The notes under the pieces were generated by a model that was given only the letters and a program-made list of their open reading frames with translations, was not told the origin of the DNA and searched no databases. From Eledone cirrhosa (lineage: Eukaryota), in contig OZ024765.1 of assembly GCA_964016885.1 (NCBI GenBank), forward strand, positions 16,988,001 through 17,052,000: DNA of 64,000 bases. Reading direction: 5' to 3'. This document shows positions 55,746 through 64,000 of the stretch, one piece after another. Within the stretch, counting starts at the first letter, position 1, and each line of letters starts with the position of its first letter. Both the position numbers and the translations under genes were made by a program.

Positions 55746-55828
55746 CCTGCCAACTACAGCTATATGTCGCTCTTTTAGTCTCTCTCGCTGATTATGTCTC
55801 TCTCTCTCTCTATTTCCCCCCTCTCTCT

Positions 55829-55878
<50 letters not shown>

Positions 55879-56202
55879 TTATATATATATATATAACCGT
55901 GTTTCCCGGCACCGAAGAGGCACCCTGATTTTGACAACCAAGAATTTGAAAAAAAAAGATAATAATAAACAACCGTGTTTATATATATATATATAAATGA
56001 CATTTTAATATACAAATGGCTTCTACAGGACTAGAACTGTTTCATTCGTAATCAATCAACAAAGACTTCCTGATGAATTCCTTCGAATGAAACAGTTCTA
56101 GTCCGGTAGAAGCTAATTATATATTCATTTTTGTTATATACACTCTACTAATATATTGAGTACCATACTGTGGTTACCCTCGATTGAACCTGGGACCCAC
56201 AT

Positions 56203-56254
<52 letters not shown>

Positions 56255-56256
<2 letters not shown>

Positions 56257-56477
56257 GAAGGCGTGTGGCCGACTGGTTAGAGAATTGGATTCCTAATCGT
56301 GAGGTTGTAAGTTCGATTCCCGGACCGGGCGATGCGTTATGTCCTTGAGCAAGACACTTTATTTCACGTTGCTCCTTCTACCTGGAGTTGCGACCGATAG
56401 AGAGTACTAGCAATTGGAAAGACCAACGGAAACATTGTTTCCTCGGTCCGATTTGACGAAAGTCGATCGACTGTCGA
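56255..56477 (+). mobile_element. SINE with a B-type tRNA head and a distinct tail; inverted partner at 60146-60338
   Basis: TGAAGGCGTGTGGCC..GTTCGATTCCCGGACCGGGC..TCCTTGAGC..TCTACCTGGAGTTGCGA..TTTGACGAAAGTCGATCG. Confidence 0.8.
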
Positions 56478-56500
56478 TATATATATATATATATATATAT

Positions 56501-57210
56501 AACAAAGAAAGTGTGGTAAGAAACCAAGTAGACCATAACGCACCAGAGTTCTCGATACTTAGGGTAGTAGAGTGGGTAATAGGAAAGAATGACGAGCTCG
56601 ACGGCTGAGCTCTGGCCGTTTCGACAGCTCGATCTGAACAGTTCGGATCTAGCTGTCGAAAGGGCCAGAGCTCAGCCGTCGGGGTTATGACTCTTTTCCT
56701 ATATATACATATATATATATATATATAACGAAGGAAATGTGGTAAGGAACCAGGTGGACCATAACGTACCAAAGTACTCAATACTTAGGGTAGTAGAGTG
56801 GGTAATAGGAACGAGTAGGACCCCGCCGGCAGAGCTCAAGCCGTTTCGACGGCTAATTCTGGACTAAATGAAAAATTCTATCCTGGTATATGAATACCCG
56901 AGCTTCTCAGGGGGTAATTCCATAAATGGTAAAAGTGATTGTCACAAGGATTGGTCAAAAGTTTGTTGTTGAGACACATAATTCTATCATGGCAATTTGT
57001 GGAAGGAAGGGGTAGCTGAACCTGCCAGTAGAAGAAAGAGGGAGAGGGAGTGGAGGAAACCCAGTCGTGCGCTGATAGTGCCAACTACAGCAAGGCAGGA
57101 GGTCAAGCAAGTATACTAGGAAGGAGGGGGGAGGAAGTCGAAACAATAAGTAAATCAATATGGAGTAAATATATAGAAGAATACCAAGAATGTTAAAAAT
57201 ATAAAAAAAC
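56501..57210 (-). mobile_element. Two H2-family copies; the first has a fold-back hairpin, the second a degenerate hammerhead (56820-56915)
   Basis: Matches 19408-20012. The second copy reads CCCC CTGAGAA...GAAA CGGC..GCCG GC GGGG. Confidence 0.68.
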
Positions 57211-58234
57211 AATTTCTGGTTACTATTCCCTAACGACAGTCATCAAGTCTCTCACTGGTACTGCTAAACTATAGACAAGTTTACTAGGTGGGACGGAATT
57301 GTAGTGAGACCATTTTAAGAGTTAGTAGTAATCAACCGAGTATATCTTACGGTGACAGGTCAACAAGTGGCGGACCAAAATACTAAAGAAACTACCACGA
57401 AATAATAATTCAGAGTCCCGAAACTAATACGAAATAATTGTTTCTACCCTAGGCACAAGGCCAGCAACCACCCAGTGCAAAAAATAAACTAATACGAAAT
57501 AATAATTCAGAATCCTGAAAATGAATACTAATACTATCTCTAAGGGTGCCGCTACGATACAACAATTCTAGTACAAACTACATAAAAGCTCGTACGAAGT
57601 ATATGAAAAATTTGATACGGGAAATTAATTCAGAATCCCCCCACCCAGCCCCCAAAAAATAAATACTGATATACGAGAAATTAAAGCAGAGATACCACTA
57701 AGAAATGTAGAAAGCACGGAAAAGGAGCAGCCATCGGATAAGAAAGCTAGTATACGGGGTCTATCCCATCTGCTATAAAAAGCGGAGTCGGCCAATTCTA
57801 TCATAGAATAGGGGATGGGGGTGGGGGTACTGAGGCTACAAAGGACCGAGGGGCTGCCTCGGGTGGGCGAGAAAGTGAAAAGGACGATGACAAAGAAGGA
57901 GGACTGGGGTGGAAGGACTAGGAAGGGATGGGGGAAGAAGGAAATATAGAGGAAACGATAAAAATATATAAAAGATCTTACGTCTACCTTTGCTAGCAGG
58001 GGTTACCCATTACAAAGTCACCAAGTGGGGTGTTACAGCCCTTGTCTACGGGGTCATTATGGGGTTTGCAACTCACCCGTCTTCGTTTGTGCAGTTGGTG
58101 GTGCGAATACGGAGTTAATTATTATTATAGGCTGGACTGGTGTAATTCCTTGAAAGGTTTATTATACTATGATCATTTCAAAGACCGGGTTCAGTATGAA
58201 TCCGGTGACATCAGTCCAGCCTCCTGTTATTTTA

Positions 58235-58277
<43 letters not shown>

Positions 58278-58588
58278 GAGGGTTGGACGCCGTGCTTTCT
58301 AGCATAGTTACGTCCCTTTACAGTCTGAGTTCAAATCCCGCCGAGGTTAACTTTGCCTTTCATCCTTACGGGGTCGATAAAATAAAGTACCAGTAATGTA
58401 CTGGGTAATTGCTGGCCTTGTGCCTAAAGTAGGGGAGTCCGGGAACCTTATAGGCACCCGTTTTACGTGTGTTGTGTTGAGGCAAATAACTATGTGTATA
58501 CTCTGGTAATGTATCTTACATTGCCTATTGAGTACGTTGAGATACAACCGGTCCTGGCATTGATAAATATGCTGGGTCCGTCAACCCT

Positions 58589-58640
<52 letters not shown>

Positions 58641-59124
58641 AATATCTCTGTGATATGTCACATTATCAATCTTTGTTTAATCTTACTTTCTCCCCCCCCC
58701 CCCCCTCACTTCTCCTCACCTGTTTCCCCCTCTCTCACTTCTGCTCTCTGTCACTCTATCCTCCCTTTCCCTCATATATATCACACTATTCATTTCTTTA
58801 TATTCTCTCTAGCACCTCCCCCTCTCTACTTGTCTTCCCCTTCTCTACAATGTCTCACTCTCTCCACTCTCTCTCTACCCCCTTCTCTTACTCTGTCATT
58901 ACATCACTGTCTCTTCAATTACACAAAGACACACACACACATACACACAATAGTACAAACACAAAGGCTCTCACACACACACTCACACAAAGGCTCACAC
59001 ACACACACACACAAATGCTCACACACACGCACACACACACACACACACATATATACACACCCACAATAATACACACATATTCAAACTACCAGCCATCACA
59101 TCTTATCGTGAATTTTAATATCCA

Positions 59125-59610
59125 GCCCACACCAACCCCAAACCTAACCGAAACCGAACTCTAAACCCAACCCCAACCCCGTCCAACACCAACCCAACCG
59201 AAACCGAACTCTAAACCCAACCCAAACCACCCCAACTCCAACCAACACCAACCCAACCGAACTCTAAACCCAACCCCAACCAGCCCAACTCCAACCCCGT
59301 CCAACACCAACCCAACCGAAACCGAACTCTAAACCCAACCCCAACCAGCCCAACTCCAACCCCGTCCACACCAACCCAACCGAAACCGAACTCTAAACCC
59401 AACCCCAACCAGCCCAACTCCAACCCCGTCCAACACCAACCCAACCCAACTGCAATCTCAAACCAACCTGAAACCCAACTACAAACCAACTCCGACTAAC
59501 TCCAAACCCAACCCAACCCCAACCAACCCCAACCCATCCAAACCCAACGCCAACAACCCCAACCCCAACCAAACCCAACCCAACTACAAACCAATTCAAA
59601 ACCAGACCAA
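59125..59610. repeat. C/A-rich minisatellite (CCAACC-based, ~60-65 bp higher-order unit)
   Basis: Recurring CCGAAACCGAACTCTAAACCCAACCCC. Confidence 0.88.
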
Positions 59611-60964
59611 ATTCTCTGTTCCATTTCTTTCGGATTACTTTCAATTAGGGACCATTAAATGACAAAATTTAATGCAATGAACGTCAGATTATGTATAATT
59701 ATGATTTTACAATAACTAATTTTGCTTCCATTTTCACCATGTCCGTCCTCCACTTCCTCGCCAAACATTGCTGAAAGCTATACATTGTACAAAAGAAAGC
59801 TACCATTATTATCATACTACATTATATGACTGCCTTGATAGCTTCACCCATCGGCAAAAATCTGTTAGCGAAATTAATAACCTAAGCCTTGAAGCACTGA
59901 AAATTCCGATTATGTTTCAACTTGAAAGTAATGTGGGTAACTAAACATTTATCGTGTGTGTAATGGTCGCCGTTTCTCTCTCCTACAGCAATACTTGTTG
60001 AAGTAGCTTAATAGTACATTCCTTCAAGCAACACCTGTCATCTTTCGTTTCTAAATTTCCGATGAAAAATACTACCCATGATCTTCAAATAATTTGGAAA
60101 ATAAACAAGAATTTCAAGGAATTTACTAACAAAAAAAAAAAAGGAACGATCGACTTTCGTCAAATGGGACCGAGGAAACAATGTTTCCATTGGTCTTTCC
60201 AATTGCTAATACTATCTATAGATCGCAACTCCAGGTAGAAGAGGCAACGCGCTCAAGGACATGACGTATTGCCCGGTCCGGGAATCGAACTCACAACCTC
60301 ACGATTGCGAATCCAATTCTCTAACCACTCAGCCACACGTAACAAAATTTCTTCTAAAAAATGGTGTTGTTGTTACTGTTGCTGTTACGGCCCTTGTTAC
60401 CAGCTTTGGAAGGCCTATATTTCACACCTGGCTGGGACCTATTATACTACTGCTAATATATATAAAACACTTTTTTTGCATCGCAAGACAAGGGGCTGCT
60501 TTTAGGGGAGTTGCTATAAACGGCGCTCGCGGGTTACCCTTTTAAAATTTCTTCTAAAAAAAGTGGTGTTGGAGCTGTTACTGTTGCTGCTACTACTGCT
60601 AATATTGTTTCTACTTTAGGCACAAGGCCAGCAATTTTGGCAGAAGGGAAAGTCGATTAAATCTACCCAGTGCATTACTGGTACTTTATTTTATCGACTC
60701 CGTAAGGATGAAAGGCAAAGCTAACCTCGGCGGGATTTGAACTCAGATCGTAAAGGGGCGTAACCCTGTGCCATAAAGTACATTGTCCGACGCTCTACCG
60801 ACACTGACAATCTACCGCCCTTACTACTGCTAATATTAAATGAAAAAACCCAATGATATTTCTGATCGAAACGAAGTGAGAGTATTTGAATATATATGTG
60901 AGAAAACTCATCGCTAGACAAACCGTTAAAACAGCTAAATGTTGTCAAAGACAGCGATGGGGGA

Positions 60965-61790
60965 AAATGTCTCGGAGGACAGGGACCAGTGGCCAGTGGT
61001 CAACAGAGAGACAATCCACAAAGTGGGTGACAGGTAGATGAAATATAATGCTTCAGAGGACAGAGACCAGTGACCAGTGGTCAACAGAGAGACAATCCAC
61101 AAAGTGGGTGACAGGTAGATGAAATATAATGCCTCAGAGGACAGAGACCAGTGACCAGTGGTCAACAGAGAGACAATCCATGAGGTGGGTGACAGGTAGA
61201 TGATATATAATGCCTCAGAGGACATAGACCAGTGACCAGTGGTCAACAGAGACAATGCACACATTGGGTGACAGGTAGATGAAATATAATGCCTCAGAGG
61301 ACAAAGACCAGTGACCAGTGGTCAACAGAGAGACAATCCACAAAGTGGGTGACAGGTAGATGATATATAATGTCTCAGAGGACAGAGACCAGTGACCAGT
61401 GGTCAACAGAGAGACAACCCATGAGGTGGGTGACAGGCAGATGATATATAATGTCTCAGAGGACAGAGACCAGTGACCAGTGGTCAACAGAGACAAACCA
61501 CAAGGTGGGTGACAGGTAGATGATATATAATGTCTCAGAGGACAGAGACCAGTGACCAGTGGTCAACAGAGAGACAATCCACAAGGTGGGTGACAGGCAG
61601 ATGATATATAATGTCTCAGAGGACAGAGACCAGTGACCAGTGGTCAACAGAGAGACAATCCACAAGGTGGGTGACAGGCAGATGATATATAATGTCTGAG
61701 AGGACAGAGACCAGTGACCAGTGGTCAACAGAGAGACAATCCACAAAGTGGGTTTCAGGCAGATGAAATATAATGTCTCAGAGGACAGAA
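60965..61790. repeat. Tandem array, 81-bp unit (some 79), ~10 copies
   Basis: GAGGAC recurs at 60975, 61056 and onward. The 27-aa periodicity is visible in the minus-strand ORFs. Confidence 0.93.
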
Positions 61791-61909
61791 AGTGTTGGTG
61801 TACAGATGTGATTGGAAGAAGTAAATAAAGAAAGGTGATGTACAAGACAAGTTTCCATACATCTTCACCCTCAGCAGCTCTGAAACCAGCAAAATGATTT
61901 CACATTTAA

Positions 61910-62118
61910 CCCTTTACTCTATATTTACTATTATATTTTCACAGTAAAGCCTTTACCTCACATAATTATCTCACATAATATCGAATCTATGAGATTTTGA
62001 TATTATTTATTTTGAGAACAATACATTAACATCAGTATGAGCAGCCAGTTACAGCCGGCTTGAACAAAAAGCGGTGAAAAAATTCTGGCCGGATACGGCC
62101 GGTTTAAATGCTAGAGAG
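61910..62118. mobile_element. TTAA-flanked MITE, copy 2
   Basis: TTAA|CCCTTTA...AAATGCTAGAGAG|TTAA. The body aligns with 51600-51758. Confidence 0.7.
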
Positions 62119-62639
62119 TTAAAATACTTTTGTATCATAAGACAAGGGGTGCTTTTAGGCGATTTGGTAAGATAAGCGTTAGCGGGTTATTCTTTGCCCA
62201 GCAGCACTTTCATTAACATATTTCTAACGAAAAACAAAGCATTTAATTTTAGAAAATAATTAAATTTTTTTATTTTTTTCGTAAATAAACGAATTTATTC
62301 AAAAGCAAAGAACAAACCTTATTTAGAAATAAAAAAATTAAAAACAAGTGGGGAAACAAAGGGAAAGATAGAAGAAAAAAAGAGAGAAAGGAAGAAGAAA
62401 AAGAATGGGAAAAGGAGGGGATGGCAAGAGCTCTGGTGTCACAGAGGAGAGCGGAAGGGTGATGGAGGAGGGTGATTGGGTTTTGGTCCTAGGGCAAGGG
62501 GGCAGGAGTGCTGCACCCTGCGCACAAGACGGCAAAAGCATGCCCCAACCCCCCGAACGATGGCCAGTGAAGGGATATTTAGTTATATAACTTTTTAAAT
62601 CCCTATTCTCGCTTCTTATTCCTTATAATTGTGGTGTAG

Positions 62640-63495
62640 GGAGGAAGACTGGCAGAATCAGTAGAGCGTCAGGCAAACTGCTTTGCGCTATATATCGATA
62701 GCTACGGCCCTTTACGTTCTGAGTTCAAATTCCTCCGAGGTTAGCTTTATTTTTCACCCTTACGGGGTCGATAAAATAAAGTACCACTGGGTTATTGCTG
62801 GCCTTGTGCCAAAAGTAGAAACAATTATTAGGAAAAAGAAGGGCGGTGGATTGGCAGTATTGGTAGAGGGTCGGACACCATGCTTTTCAGCATAGAGTTA
62901 CGGCTCTTTACATTCTCAGTTTAAATCTCATGGATATTAACTTTGCCTTTCACCCTTACGGGGGTGGATAAAATAAAGTACCAGTAATATACTGGGAGTC
63001 GATTTAATAGACTTTCCCCCTCCCTTCCAAATTGCTGGCCTTAAGAAACCATTATTAATAGAAAAAAATGGTGGTGGATTGGCAGTATCGGTAGAGGGTC
63101 AGACGCCATGCTTTGCAGCACAGTTACGTCCCTTTACGAACTGAGTTCAAATCTCGCCGAGGTTAACTTTGCCTTTCATCCGGGGTCGACAAAATAAAGT
63201 ACCAGTAATGTACTGGGTTATTGCTGGCCTTGTGCCAAAAGTAGAAACAATTATTAATAGAAAAAAGTGCGGTGGCTTGGTAGTAGAATCGGGAGAGCAA
63301 CGGACATGTTTCGCGGCATATAATACTGCCATTACGTTCTGAATTCAATTTCAACCCAGGTTAGCTTTATTTATCTTTCATCCTTACAAGTGTCTATAAA
63401 ATAAAGTACCAGTAATACCCTGGGGCCGATTTAGTCGACTTTCCCCTTCCCTTCAAATTGCTGGCCTTGTGCCTAAAGTAGAACCAGTTATTATT
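62640..63495 (+). mobile_element. Four head-to-tail SINE A copies
   Basis: Heads at ~62645, 62842, 63069 and 63268, alternating short and long forms. Confidence 0.88.
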
Positions 63496-64000
63496 AATAT
63501 CAATGATAGTAGTTTGGGATATATATATAGTAAATATAGGCAGTAAAGACGCGGCTAATGGCCCCGGAAAATGGATCTAAAATGGCTGACATTAACGTTC
63601 TTTTTTATAGGTTCAATGAAACATATTTCATGATTCAATTATGTTTACACATGCAACACTGGCTATAAAATATAGTAGTTATATGTGTATATATAGTTAT
63701 ATATATATATCATATATATGTATAGCGATTATATTATATATATATGTATATGTATATATATTATTTATATCGATATATATATATATATATGTATTATATA
63801 ATATGTATGTACACACACACACATATATATCTATATATATATATATATAGTAATAATAATAAATTTGAAGACTAATATATATATATATATATATTTATAT
63901 ACACACACATATAAATACATATATATATAGAGAGAGAAAGAGAAAGAGATAGATAGACAGATACGATTATACGTCTTTGTTGTATATACATATGTGTGAA

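Noticed and set aside
59984-60011. Strong-looking acceptor TTTCTCTCTCCTACAG
   Set aside because: All three frames stop within 8 codons. It could be a terminal exon but this cannot be supported.

Overview
AT-rich eukaryotic DNA that is almost all repeat. The SINE families and the extreme (TA)n load point to a coleoid cephalopod, probably Octopus; this is inferred from recognition, not from a search. Only one host coding exon is well supported: a 129-bp, phase 1-1 EGF-like module at 54729-54857 (+), so much of the window may be intronic. Nearly all long ORFs in the track are microsatellite artefacts. The rest is two tRNA-derived SINE families, RTE, Rex3-like, CRE and CR1 LINE relics, a non-autonomous RTE derivative, Helitron-, hAT- and TTAA-type non-autonomous DNA elements, and kb-scale microsatellites. 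The main hidden signal is in the short non-coding segments between (TA)n tracts. They carry about a dozen type I hammerhead-ribozyme folds in several families. One family has a covarying stem II with a conserved C.C mismatch, one copy is a candidate U3-A8 core variant, and one sits in a terminally redundant ~0.5-kb retrozyme-like unit. Many lie inside fold-back palindromes. This fits a (TA)n-targeted Penelope-like/retrozyme system. A second theme is that at least six tandem arrays trace to sub-segments of SINEs or LINEs whose monomers or parent elements are in the same window. All folds and alignments were made by eye.
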